A DNA stretch of 64,000 nucleotides. It comes from Acaryochloridaceae cyanobacterium VAR_48_metabat_390. Lineage in GTDB: Bacteria; Cyanobacteriota; Cyanobacteriia; Thermosynechococcales; Thermosynechococcaceae. Position numbers and translations under genes: made by a program. Below the pieces are notes generated by a model, which made no database searches, was not told where the DNA came from, and worked only from the letters and a program-made list of their open reading frames with translations. Positions 32,247 through 41,495 of the stretch are shown in pieces. Within the stretch, counting starts at the first letter, position 1. Each line of letters starts with the position of its first letter. The stretch spans positions 1 through 64,000 of the forward strand of contig JANPLU010000101.1 of NCBI GenBank assembly GCA_031422435.1, given 5' to 3'.

Positions 32247-33131
32247 TTGCCTAAACCTGCGGATATTGGCGGTAAACGACTTATTAGTCTGGCACCGGAG
32301 ACTTGGGTACGGTGGGTGACGCAATCTTCTGATGTGATGGTACTCGATATTCTTAATTCTGAGTTTCAATGGGTTTCTCGTCAGAATGATGTGCTGATTA
32401 AGGTTTATAGCCCAGAGGTGGGGGAGTTTCTGATTCTAAATGAGCTTCAGTTACGGTATTCATTGAAGATGCCTCTTAGAATGAGAGCCTATACTGCACT
32501 GGCAGAAGAAAAGTATAAGCTACCGATTTTGCCTGTGCTGATTAATGTTTTGCCGCCTGGGTCTTTGGTGACGATTAATGACCGATATGAAAGTAATTAT
32601 TTTGGGCTAAAGGCGCGCCAAGATTATAAGGTTATCAATTTATGGGAGGTTGATGTACAAACGGTCTTTGAGCAGAATATAAGTGCGCTGCTGCCTTTGG
32701 TTCCGGTGCTTGACGGGGGTGATGACGTTGCAACGGTGGAGCGTGCGCTGCATTTGTTGCAGACGGATGATGAGTTATCTGAGATGGAACCTTTGTTAGG
32801 TTTTTTTGCTAGTTTTGTGTTAGACGCAGGTTTAATTAATCAAATTTTGAGGTGGGATATGGCTGTTTTGCGTGAGTCGCCTTGGCTAAATCAGATGCTT
32901 CTAGAAAGTGAGGCGAAAGGGGAGGCGAAAGGGGAGGCGAAAGGGAAACTAGAAGAGGGGCAGTCGTTGGTGCTGCGGCAGCTTGCACGACGGGTTGGGG
33001 TGGTTGGTGCTGAGTTGGAGGCGAGGGTGAGGGCGTTGGCGTTGGCGGATGTTGAGGCGCTGGGGGAGGCGTTGCTGGATTTTACTGGACTTGAGGATTT
33101 GATAGATTGGTTACGTGCACATGAAGGGTGA
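32247..33131 (+). CDS. Rpn family nuclease/putative transposase with DUF4351
   Basis: PADIGGKRLISLAP, NELQLRY, RMRAY, EAKG repeats, LGEALLDF; TTG start 3 nt after the rfbH stop. Confidence 0.85.
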   Translation: MPKPADIGGKRLISLAPETWVRWVTQSSDVMVLDILNSEFQWVSRQNDVLIKVYSPEVGEFLILNELQLRYSLKMPLRMRAYTALAEEKYKLPILPVLINVLPPGSLVTINDRYESNYFGLKARQDYKVINLWEVDVQTVFEQNISALLPLVPVLDGGDDVATVERALHLLQTDDELSEMEPLLGFFASFVLDAGLINQILRWDMAVLRESPWLNQMLLESEAKGEAKGEAKGKLEEGQSLVLRQLARRVGVVGAELEARVRALALADVEALGEALLDFTGLEDLIDWLRAHEG

Positions 33132-33153
33132 AAATGATTTAACTTTTAGGTTG
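32844..33153 (+). repeat. ~300-bp direct repeat, copy 1 (3' end of the Rpn gene plus downstream flank)
   Basis: Near-identical to 33895-34190 (ATTTTGAGGTGGG.TATGGCTGTTTTGCGTGAGTCG...TTTTAGGTTG). Confidence 0.9.
32910..32945 (+). repeat. 12-bp tandem repeat x3 (GAGGCGAAAGGG, EAKG)
   Basis: Direct reading. Confidence 0.9.
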
Positions 33154-33222
33154 TGTAAAATGTTATGAAACTGTTGACTCTTGAGTTATTAGAATTAAAT
33201 AATAAAAAGACTGGTTTCTGCG

Positions 33223-33312
33223 ATGAAGCTAGAACAGGCTATTTTTCTCGGTTCCTATGCTTATGGTGAGCCTACTGACGAGAGCGATATTGACTTATTG
33301 GTCATTTTTTGA
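33223..33312 (+). pseudogene. Truncated MNT (minimal nucleotidyltransferase) fragment
   Basis: Translates MKLEQAIFLGSYAYGEPTDESDIDLLVIF*, containing the GSxAxG...SDIDL MNT motif; only 29 aa. Confidence 0.8.
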
Positions 33313-33564
33313 ATAAAGAAGAAAAAACTGCTTGAAAAAATCTTGTCAGGTTCAAAGAAGATTCAATTTGATGAGATGGTTTCATTGGTAGAGGCTTTTG
33401 GATTCAAATTGAATCGTGTTAGTGGTAGCCATCATATCTTCAAACATCCAAAGGTTGCTGATATTGTCAACCTCCAAAACCGCAAGGGCAAGGCTTAGCC
33501 TTATCAAATACGTCAATTTTTGACTATAGTCGAAGAGAACAGTCTTACGTTAGAGGAAGGGTGA
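33313..33564 (+). pseudogene. hicA: HicA toxin pseudogene (start lost, in-frame TAG)
   Basis: KKLLEKILSGSKKIQFDEMVSLVEAFGF...GSHHIFKHP...NLQNRKGKA*PYQIRQFL; TAG at 33496-33498 replaces K of KAKPYQ; TGA overlaps the hicB ATG. Confidence 0.85.
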
Positions 33565-33785
33565 TGAGAGACTATCACATTAATATTTTCTATAGCGAGG
33601 AAGATGAAGCATACATTGCTGATATCCCCGATTTAAAGTATTGTTCTGCTGTTGGTGATACCCTACAGGAGGCACTTAAAGAAATAATAATAGCAAAACA
33701 GGCATGGCTAGAAACGAGCAAACTTGAAGGAAGAACCACTCCAGTCCCTAGGTATAGACCAGTGATTTATCAGACTGTTGCATGA
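33564..33785 (+). CDS. hicB: HicB family antitoxin
   Basis: YSEEDEAYIADIPDL..CSAVGDT.QEAL....AKQAWLE; directly after the hicA relic. Confidence 0.85.
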   Translation: MRDYHINIFYSEEDEAYIADIPDLKYCSAVGDTLQEALKEIIIAKQAWLETSKLEGRTTPVPRYRPVIYQTVA

Positions 33786-33894
33786 GTCTATTGCCTAATA
33801 AGACGTTGGAGCGAAATAGGGTATGACACTATGATTGGGCATGAGAGGAGATCGCTGTCTGCTCAGTGCCAAGCTTTTGGGGTGAAACAAATAG

Positions 33895-34190
33895 ATTTTG
33901 AGGTGGGGTATGGCTGTTTTGCGTGAGTCGCCTTGGCTAAATCAGATGCTTCTAGAAAGTGAGGCGATGGGTGAAGTAAAAGGGGAGGCGAAAGGGAAAC
34001 TAGAGGAGGAGAAGTCGCTGGTGCTTCGGCAGCTTGTGCGGCGGGTTGGGGTGGTTAGTGCTGAGTTGGAGGCAAGAGTGAAGGCGCTGGCGTTGGCGGA
34101 TGTTGAGGCGTTGTTGGATCTTACTGGACGTGAGGATTTAATAGATTGATTAAAGAATTGTGAAGGGTAAAATGTTTGATTTTTAGGTTG
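33895..34190 (+). repeat. ~300-bp direct repeat, copy 2
   Basis: Matches 32844-33153 with substitutions and a small in-frame deletion. Confidence 0.9.
33910..34149 (+). CDS. Stand-alone DUF4351 (RpnS-like) module, 79 aa, or Rpn 3' remnant
   Basis: GAGG RBS then ATG 33910; MAVLRESPWLNQMLLESEA... copy of the C-terminus of 32247-33131. Confidence 0.55.
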   Translation: MAVLRESPWLNQMLLESEAMGEVKGEAKGKLEEEKSLVLRQLVRRVGVVSAELEARVKALALADVEALLDLTGREDLID

Positions 34191-34653
34191 GCTCTTCTGG
34201 GTTTCGCTGGCATATTCAATAATACAAATTTTTTGTGGATGAACATTAAAAGTTATAGAAATCAGACCCCATTTATGAGAAAAGCAAGCCCTAAAACCTC
34301 TGCCATTCATAAGTTGTCTTCTCACACTTCAAATCAAACTTCTATATACAGAACAATACATTAGTCTTTCTTATCATCTTGAACTTAGAAGAGCTAAAGT
34401 TCTAAGTTTCCACTAGCACAGCTTGGCTAAAGTCTATCGATTATCTAGAATTTTTAGAGGTCAGATGTTATACTTATAGTCGCTAATCAATAGTGGAGAT
34501 TTTTCCGCCAAGCTGTACTAACCTATTAAACTGCTTAATTACTTTTGTTATTCTGTACTAAGATAGGTTGATAAACAAAACTTATAATCTATCTAGCTCT
34601 GTGACTTCAAAGTTTCCTAACAGTTTTATTAGTGGGTTTCCTTAGTTTGTTAA

Positions 34654-34809
34654 CCTGCGTACAAAGATCTGAATTACCGTGTTGTAGGTAATTTGGCTAA
34701 TACCGTTCAAGTTATTGAGAGTGCGTTCTGGATTGGCTTATTTCCTGGGCTGACGGAGGAAATGCTGACTTATGTCGTATCTGCCCTCAGATCTTTTGTC
34801 CGAGGCTAG
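34654..34809 (+). pseudogene. rfbH: Relic 3' end of a second, divergent rfbH
   Basis: PAYKDLNYRVVGNLANT...[18 protein letters not shown]...* aligns with the RfbH C-terminus [17 protein letters not shown]...[18 protein letters not shown]. Confidence 0.85.
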
Positions 34810-34814
34810 TTAAA

Positions 34815-35855
34815 ATGAGCGCTAATTCTTTATCAATAGACTTAGATAGTATTCTTCTTCAAACGAAAACTTTATGGGAAGAACTACGCGGACAGAATAT
34901 CTTTATTACTGGAGGTACCGGGTTTATTGGCTGCTGGCTACTAGAAAGCTTTGCTTGGGCTAATGATCGATTAAACTTAGGTGCTAAAGCAACTGTACTC
35001 ACTAGAAGATTAGACAGTTTTTATAAAAAAGCGCCACATTTAGCCGCTCACCCCTCAATTTCTTACTATTTAGGAGATGTTCGCTCATTTGAATTCCCTC
35101 AAGCTAAATTTTCACACATCATTCATGCAGCGACAGAGGTTAATAATTATGCGAATAATAGCGATCCGCTGTCTCAGCTAGATGTTATTACACAAGGGAC
35201 ACGGCATACTTTAGATTTTGCAGTGGCTTGTGGGGCAAGTAAGTTTTTGTTAACAAGTTCTGGCGCTGTCTATGGGAAAGCGATTGCTGAAGTAACTCAC
35301 ATTAATGAGACGTATCTGAGTGCACCTGAGACGTCGAATGTTCGCTCTGTATACGGTGAAGGGAAGCGTCTGTCAGAATTGCTTTGCACCATCTATGCAA
35401 AGCAATATGGGTTAAAGACAAAAATTGCCCGCTGTTTTTCTTTTGTGGGAGCTTATTTACCGTTAGACAGTCATTTAGCCATCAGCAGTTTTTGTCGAGA
35501 TCGCTTAAAAAATCAGCCCATACAGGTTCAAAATGATAGTAGCACTTATAGATCTTACTTATATGCCGGAGATTTAACCGCTTGGCTGTGGACAATTTTG
35601 TTTAAAGGAGATTCTTGCTACCCATACAATGTTGGCTCAGAAGAAGAGACAACAATTTTGAATTTGGCAAATTTGATTGCACAGTTAGAAAATCCCATTC
35701 TTCCGATTGAGGTGGCTAATGTTGGAGAGTCGAGCAAGATTGATTGCTATGTCCCTTCAACACAAAGAGTAAGAGAAGCATTAGGTTTACAGCAGATGGT
35801 TAGCTTAGATGAAGCCTTAAAAAAGTCTCTAAGTTGGTATACGAAATCATACTAA
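34815..35855 (+). CDS. NAD-dependent epimerase/dehydratase (nucleotide-sugar reductase)
   Basis: TGGTGFIG, SSGAVYG, YGEGK YxxxK, RSYLY. Confidence 0.9.
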   Translation: MSANSLSIDLDSILLQTKTLWEELRGQNIFITGGTGFIGCWLLESFAWANDRLNLGAKATVLTRRLDSFYKKAPHLAAHPSISYYLGDVRSFEFPQAKFSHIIHAATEVNNYANNSDPLSQLDVITQGTRHTLDFAVACGASKFLLTSSGAVYGKAIAEVTHINETYLSAPETSNVRSVYGEGKRLSELLCTIYAKQYGLKTKIARCFSFVGAYLPLDSHLAISSFCRDRLKNQPIQVQNDSSTYRSYLYAGDLTAWLWTILFKGDSCYPYNVGSEEETTILNLANLIAQLENPILPIEVANVGESSKIDCYVPSTQRVREALGLQQMVSLDEALKKSLSWYTKSY

Positions 35856-35862
35856 GTAAGTT

Positions 35863-36684
35863 ATGCAAGAATTTAAACCAGTACAGCTTCGTCAAACCAT
35901 CTTAAAAATGGCTTATGCAGGTTCGACTGTTCACATTGCGTGTGCATTTTCTCTCGTTGAAATTCTTTCTGTGCTCTACAGGTCACATCTAAATCTTGGG
36001 AACAAAACGCCTGATGCAGATGATCGTGACTATTTAGTGTTGAGTAAAGGGCATGGAGTAATGGCGCAGTATGCCTGTATGCGTGAGCTAGACTGGCTCA
36101 CGGATAATGACCTGCAAAGTTATTTCGGTGATGGCACGATTCTTAAAGGCTTAGCCGATACTCACGTTCCTGGGCTTGATGTTACCTCTGGTTCCTTAGG
36201 TCATGGCTTATCTGTAGGGGTAGGTTTGGCGTTAGCGGCTAAACGTAAGCAAACGGGTCAGAAGTGTTTTGCCATTGTAGGGGATGGTGAAATTAATGAA
36301 GGTACGATCTGGGAAGCTTTGCTTTTTGCTACTCATTTTGAACTATCGAATTTGATGGTTATTGTGGATGAAAATGGCTATCAGGCTATGGGTTCGACGC
36401 AAGAAGTGATGCAGCTAGGGAGCATTGCCGATAAATTTCGAGCCTTTGGCTTTGAAACACGGGAGGTTGATGGACATGATGAAGCTTCCTTAGACGGCAC
36501 AATTGATGAATTAGTGCGTCTCAACTCAAAGGCTCCTAGGGCAATTGTGGCTCATACTGTCAAGGGTAAAGGCATATCATTTATGGAAGATGATAATCGC
36601 TGGCACTATACTCGCCTTAATTCTGATACATACGCAGCGGCGTTAGCGGAACTAGAAACCAAACAGCATTCATCAACATTATGA
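35863..36684 (+). CDS. Transketolase, N-terminal (TPP-binding) subunit
   Basis: LSKGH, GSLGHGL, GDGEINEG...N TPP motif, DGHD, TVKGKG. Confidence 0.92.
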   Translation: MQEFKPVQLRQTILKMAYAGSTVHIACAFSLVEILSVLYRSHLNLGNKTPDADDRDYLVLSKGHGVMAQYACMRELDWLTDNDLQSYFGDGTILKGLADTHVPGLDVTSGSLGHGLSVGVGLALAAKRKQTGQKCFAIVGDGEINEGTIWEALLFATHFELSNLMVIVDENGYQAMGSTQEVMQLGSIADKFRAFGFETREVDGHDEASLDGTIDELVRLNSKAPRAIVAHTVKGKGISFMEDDNRWHYTRLNSDTYAAALAELETKQHSSTL

Positions 36685-37595
36685 GAAACGCGTTTGCAAC
36701 GGCTTTGGTTGAGGCGGCTCAAGTTGACCCAAGGATCGTTTTACTGACGGGCGATCATGGCTATGCATTGTTTGATGAATTTCGTAAAGTCTGTCCAGAT
36801 CAGTATATTAATGCTGGAGTTGCCGAACAAAATATGGTGGGTGTAGCAGCAGGTATGGCAAAGGGAGGCTTTAAACCGTTTGTTTATGGACTGAGCGCTT
36901 TTGTGCCGATCCGTGTGTTGGAGCAAATAAAGCTAGATGTTTGCTATGAAGGGTTGCCCGTTGTGTTTATTGGTGATGGGGCAGGGGTTGTGTACAGCAG
37001 CTTAGGTTCCAGTCACCAAAGTACAGAAGATATTGCTGCCTTGAGAGCTTTGCCTAACATTGTGATTCTTTCACCTGCGGATGCTTATGAGATGCAGGTT
37101 TGTATGCAGATGGCATTGGAAGGAAGCCAGCCAGTATATCTGCGGATGGGTAAAGCCGATGTAGGCGATATATATGAAGCAGCTCCAGATTTTTCGTTAG
37201 GGAGCTTAAGCTTGCTAAAGGATGGGAGGGGAGAACTCGGCTTTATTGCAACTGGCTCAATGGTTAATATTGCTCTAAAACTTGCTTCTGTTTGGCAAGA
37301 TAGTTCTGTGTGGAGCGCTCCCTGTATCAAGCCTCTGGATCAAAACAGCATTGTATCTATATGTCAGCAACATAAAGTAGTTATTACGCTAGAGGAACAC
37401 TCAATTTATGGGGGTCTAGGGAGTGCAGTTGCTGAAATTTCATCCACACTTGCACCAACGCGTGTTCTTCGGATTGGTATTCAAGATCGGTTCTCACAGT
37501 TTTGTGGGAGCTATCAATATTTAATGGAAGAACACAAACTGAATCTAGACTCAGTGAAAGAGCAAGTCAAGAACTTTCTAACTTTACTTTCATGA
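36681..37595 (+). CDS. Transketolase, C-terminal subunit
   Basis: GVAEQNM, LGSSHQ, PVYLRMGK, EEH..YGGLGS; ATGA overlap with the N-subunit gene. Confidence 0.92.
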   Translation: MRNAFATALVEAAQVDPRIVLLTGDHGYALFDEFRKVCPDQYINAGVAEQNMVGVAAGMAKGGFKPFVYGLSAFVPIRVLEQIKLDVCYEGLPVVFIGDGAGVVYSSLGSSHQSTEDIAALRALPNIVILSPADAYEMQVCMQMALEGSQPVYLRMGKADVGDIYEAAPDFSLGSLSLLKDGRGELGFIATGSMVNIALKLASVWQDSSVWSAPCIKPLDQNSIVSICQQHKVVITLEEHSIYGGLGSAVAEISSTLAPTRVLRIGIQDRFSQFCGSYQYLMEEHKLNLDSVKEQVKNFLTLLS

Positions 37596-38977
37596 TTAAA
37601 GATAGTGTTGCAAATCAGTTGAGCAAAATCGCCAAGTTTTGCGGAGTTGATCGGGCAGTTGCTTATACGATAACTGCTAAAGGTTTTCAGGTTATCGCTG
37701 GCCCAATAACATTACTCCTCATTGCTAATTATTTATCTCCATCCGAACAAGGATTTTATTATACTTTTGCAAGTATTGTGAATTTGCAGATCTTCTTTGA
37801 ACTAGGTCTATCTTACGTTATTTTACAGTTCGCAAGTCATGAGAAAGCGGCTTTAACATGGGGAAAAGGAAAAATATTAATAGGAGATGATACTGCAAAA
37901 GACAGACTAGCATCGTTACTAAGATTATCAATTAAATGGTATGCATTGATAGCAATCTTAGCTATATTAATACTAATACCAGTTGGAATTTCTTTCTTAA
38001 GTACTAACAAATCATTGATTACAGTACCTTGGAAACTGCCTTGGATTTTAGTAGTATTTTCAACAGGAACGATGCTATTTTTAAGCCCAGTTTTATCTTT
38101 TTTAGAAGGTTGTGGATTAGTAACCGAAATAGCATCCATGAGAGTTAGTCAAACCTTATTCAGTAATCTCTTTCTTTGGTCTGCACTAGTTTTTAAAACA
38201 AGTCTTTTTGCGGCAGCAGTGCCAAGCATAGTGGGAATAATTTGGAGCATAATTTGTCTATATAGCAACCATCGTTTTCTACTTATAGATTTACTTAAAC
38301 ACAAAGAGAATAAAGATGGGATTACAAAGGTCATAAGTTGGCGACATGAAATTTTTCCATTGCAATGGAAAATTGCAGTTAGTGCATTAAGTGGATACTT
38401 TATTTTTTCATTATTTACACCTGTTTTGTTTAGATTTCATGGCCCTATAATGGCTGGTAAGATGGGGATGAGTTTAAGCTTGACAAACGCAATCACCACA
38501 TTTGCAATGTCATGGGTTTCGACCAAAATGGCACCATTTGGAAATCTAATTGCAGCGAAGAAATATTTAGAACTCAATAATCTGTTCTTTCCAGCATTAA
38601 AGAAATCAATGGTAGCATCAATTTTAAGCAGTATTATTCTCTTGTTTATCGCAATTTATCTTAAACAGACTCATCATCCTTTTGGACTAAGAATTATCGA
38701 TTTACTTTCACTAACTTTACTATTAATCTCCATAAATTGTAATGTATATGTATTTGGTCTAGCAACATATCTTAGAGCACACAAAAAAGAACCTTATTTA
38801 GAATTGTCAATTTTTGTAGGAGTCTTAACAGGCATATCAACATACTTTTTAGGACGTGATTATGGAGTTATTGGTATGTCGGTAGGATACTGCTTGGTGA
38901 ATCTAACATTTAGTGTTATTGTAGGCACTTTAATTTTTAATAGCAAACGTCGCCAGTGGCATAATGTCATGCATTAA
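37592..38977 (+). CDS. Wzx-type O-unit flippase
   Basis: ~12 TM helices, QGFYYTF...FELG, position in polysaccharide cluster; ATG 37592 overlaps the upstream stop. Confidence 0.75.
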   Translation: MIKDSVANQLSKIAKFCGVDRAVAYTITAKGFQVIAGPITLLLIANYLSPSEQGFYYTFASIVNLQIFFELGLSYVILQFASHEKAALTWGKGKILIGDDTAKDRLASLLRLSIKWYALIAILAILILIPVGISFLSTNKSLITVPWKLPWILVVFSTGTMLFLSPVLSFLEGCGLVTEIASMRVSQTLFSNLFLWSALVFKTSLFAAAVPSIVGIIWSIICLYSNHRFLLIDLLKHKENKDGITKVISWRHEIFPLQWKIAVSALSGYFIFSLFTPVLFRFHGPIMAGKMGMSLSLTNAITTFAMSWVSTKMAPFGNLIAAKKYLELNNLFFPALKKSMVASILSSIILLFIAIYLKQTHHPFGLRIIDLLSLTLLLISINCNVYVFGLATYLRAHKKEPYLELSIFVGVLTGISTYFLGRDYGVIGMSVGYCLVNLTFSVIVGTLIFNSKRRQWHNVMH

Positions 38978-39113
38978 AAATATTTAAGTTAGACGGCAAT
39001 GCAAACTAAAAAATTAAGTCAAAAAACAAAATAAATTGATTACTTTTTAAAAGTGTCTTAAAGATTGGACTATTTAACAGTAGATAATAATCAGTAAATA
39101 ATCTATATTATTT

Positions 39114-40091
39114 ATGCTTAAAAGTGATTCTGAAACCTTAAAAGAAATTTCAATTGTTATCCTTACAGCTAATCGACCCGATATGCTGCGCATAGCACTT
39201 GAGTCTGTATTAAGACAGACAGCGCTATCCAATGTAATAGAATTGATTGTTATAGAAAACTTAGGAAATAGACAATCAGAAAAAGTTTGTCTTGAGTTTC
39301 CTGAACTGCCAATCAAGTATTACTTTCGAAATCCTCCAATTCCGCCAGGCTATTTATCGTTTAAAGATGCGCTATCTCATACTAATTGTGAGCTTATTGC
39401 AATTTTGTTTGATGATGACTGGTGGATAGACTATCATCTTCAATATGCTATAACTGCACTTACCGAGAATCAAGACGCCGTGGCATTTTATGCGCCTTGG
39501 ATTACAACTTCAGGAAAAGACAAGTACTTCGCCAGTATTTTGGGGTCTTTCATAACATATTTTGCAGCTAGAGAGGCTCCAGTGAAAAATCTACTAACTC
39601 TTGATCTAAAAGATCTCTTAGTAGCCAGCCAGATTTCAACATCCTTCCACCTATCTACACTCGTAGCTAATCGTAATATATTAGTTAAAGCAATAGAATG
39701 TTTTTCGGATGGAAACCCTTACGATGTGGATCGGTTGATTTCGGTTGAGTTTGGAAAATATGGCAAAGTAATATATGATCAGCGACCTCATGTAAATGTT
39801 TTAATACACGAAAGTAACGAAAGCAAACGATTAAAAAGTAATAATGAAGGAAAGAAATGGTGGATTAATTCTAATGAAAGTCTTCTCAGACTAGCTGCAA
39901 ATGAGGGGATAGATATAGAATACGAACTTTCGTACAGAATGAGGGAGAAAAAAATTGATTTAGTTGAGTTAAGTAGGCATTGTTATACTGGTCAGCTTAG
40001 ATACTTAATTCGAAAGAAATTATTGCGGCCTTTGACACCAATGGCACCATTACTTATTTTAATCAAAAAGATCTATCTAAGATTAATATAA
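39114..40091 (+). CDS. GT2 family glycosyltransferase
   Basis: ISIVILTANRP..L..ALESVLRQT, FDDD. Confidence 0.8.
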   Translation: MLKSDSETLKEISIVILTANRPDMLRIALESVLRQTALSNVIELIVIENLGNRQSEKVCLEFPELPIKYYFRNPPIPPGYLSFKDALSHTNCELIAILFDDDWWIDYHLQYAITALTENQDAVAFYAPWITTSGKDKYFASILGSFITYFAAREAPVKNLLTLDLKDLLVASQISTSFHLSTLVANRNILVKAIECFSDGNPYDVDRLISVEFGKYGKVIYDQRPHVNVLIHESNESKRLKSNNEGKKWWINSNESLLRLAANEGIDIEYELSYRMREKKIDLVELSRHCYTGQLRYLIRKKLLRPLTPMAPLLILIKKIYLRLI

Positions 40092-40373
40092 AGATAAAAA
40101 ATTATTTCTACAATACCTACAAAATGATCGGCGCGTAAAATCTTTTAATTCTAGAAATAGATGAGGCAAAATTTAGTTTCTTAGTAGTTATCAATGTAAA
40201 ATGTATGCGTAAAATGATTAAATTATTAAAATAAATGATTATCACACCTTATAATCGTATAAATTTGAAAAATTTGAGAGGTTAAAACAATGTTATTTCT
40301 ATAATTTAAACAATTATCTCGGAGAAGTCTAAGTAAAGACTTACAAAATATTTTGCAGAAGGAGTTCTAATTC

Positions 40374-41237
40374 ATGGATTTAAAAAAGTTAGTCTCAGTT
40401 GGTATCTCAACTAAAAATAGATGCAAAGATTTGAAGACTTGCCTAGAAAAAACTTCTGAGAATGAAGAATTGAAAGGAATACAAGTTTTTATTATTGATG
40501 ATGCATCTGATAAAGAGTATCCAGCCGATATGTCATCTTTCGGTCTTAATACGACATTTATAAGCTGTAACGAGAGCAAAGGCTATATAGTCAGGAGAAA
40601 CGAGTTAGCTCAAATAATGAATACAAAATATTATTTGAGTTTTGACGATGATTCATACATACTTGATGGTAGCCTTGTTAAGGCTATAGAATATGCAGAA
40701 TCGCTAGATAATTTACTGTGCCTTACCTTTCCTGTTTATAATCCTATTCATGAGGAATATCAAATCAGCTCTTTAGAAAAAGTGCCATATCAGACTAAAT
40801 CTTTTATTGGCTGCGCACATTTGTTAAATATCGAAAGATTTCATAGCCTTGGTGGTTATATTAGCCAATTAGTTCATCAAGGCGAAGAAATATTTCTTGC
40901 TGCTAAGGGATTTAAAAATAACTTTTACTGTTATCATTACCCAGACTTATTATTTGCACACATGACATCAAAGACAAATAGAAATTATTCGAGAATGGCT
41001 TTTTATGGAGCGAGAAATAAGTTTTTATGGAATATGTGCTATTTGCCTAGAGAGCTATTACTTTATAAGCAGTTTAGGGGTTTGGCAGAGAGAATACAAT
41101 ACTTTGCCATACATCAGGATCTCAATCATCTGAGTGGATATAGAAGTGGAATATTAGAAAGCAGCAATTTTTTTAGTCATTATGATTATTTTTCAAAACA
41201 TCAATATGCTGCCTGGAATAAACTTCCTACATATTAA
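40374..41237 (+). CDS. GT2 family glycosyltransferase
   Basis: VSVGISTKNR, IDDASD, RRN, FDDDS, GEE. Confidence 0.85.
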   Translation: MDLKKLVSVGISTKNRCKDLKTCLEKTSENEELKGIQVFIIDDASDKEYPADMSSFGLNTTFISCNESKGYIVRRNELAQIMNTKYYLSFDDDSYILDGSLVKAIEYAESLDNLLCLTFPVYNPIHEEYQISSLEKVPYQTKSFIGCAHLLNIERFHSLGGYISQLVHQGEEIFLAAKGFKNNFYCYHYPDLLFAHMTSKTNRNYSRMAFYGARNKFLWNMCYLPRELLLYKQFRGLAERIQYFAIHQDLNHLSGYRSGILESSNFFSHYDYFSKHQYAAWNKLPTY

Positions 41238-41495
41238 ATCTCCTTTTTGATTAGATCTTTAGTTTTAATTTTAGGCTTATTAATGAACCTAAAATGCTTT
41301 TCTTCAAGATTATATCAGTATTTGAATTATACCTACAAATTATATTTTCAAATATCAGTAGGAAAATAACCTTTAAAACAGTTAAGTATAAATAAAAATT
41401 TAATTCGATTGATATTTAAGCAAGAATTTAATGATATTTATATAATTTAAAGTAATTCAAATAACCCTTTTAATTACTGAATTACTACATATATT

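Noticed and set aside
31944..32369. Antisense and alternate-frame ORFs (e.g. 31944-32369, 29480-29821, 33942-34325, 2926-3294, 49682-49915)
   Set aside because: They overlap well-supported genes or repeats, have no motifs, and are favoured by the local strand skew
33496..33498. In-frame TAG in hicA as stop-codon recoding
   Set aside because: The gene has also lost its start; TAG ends many normal genes here; a single A>T nonsense change explains it
35863..37595. Split transketolase as a broken housekeeping tkt
   Set aside because: Both halves are intact with an ATGA overlap, the normal two-subunit form seen in glycan clusters
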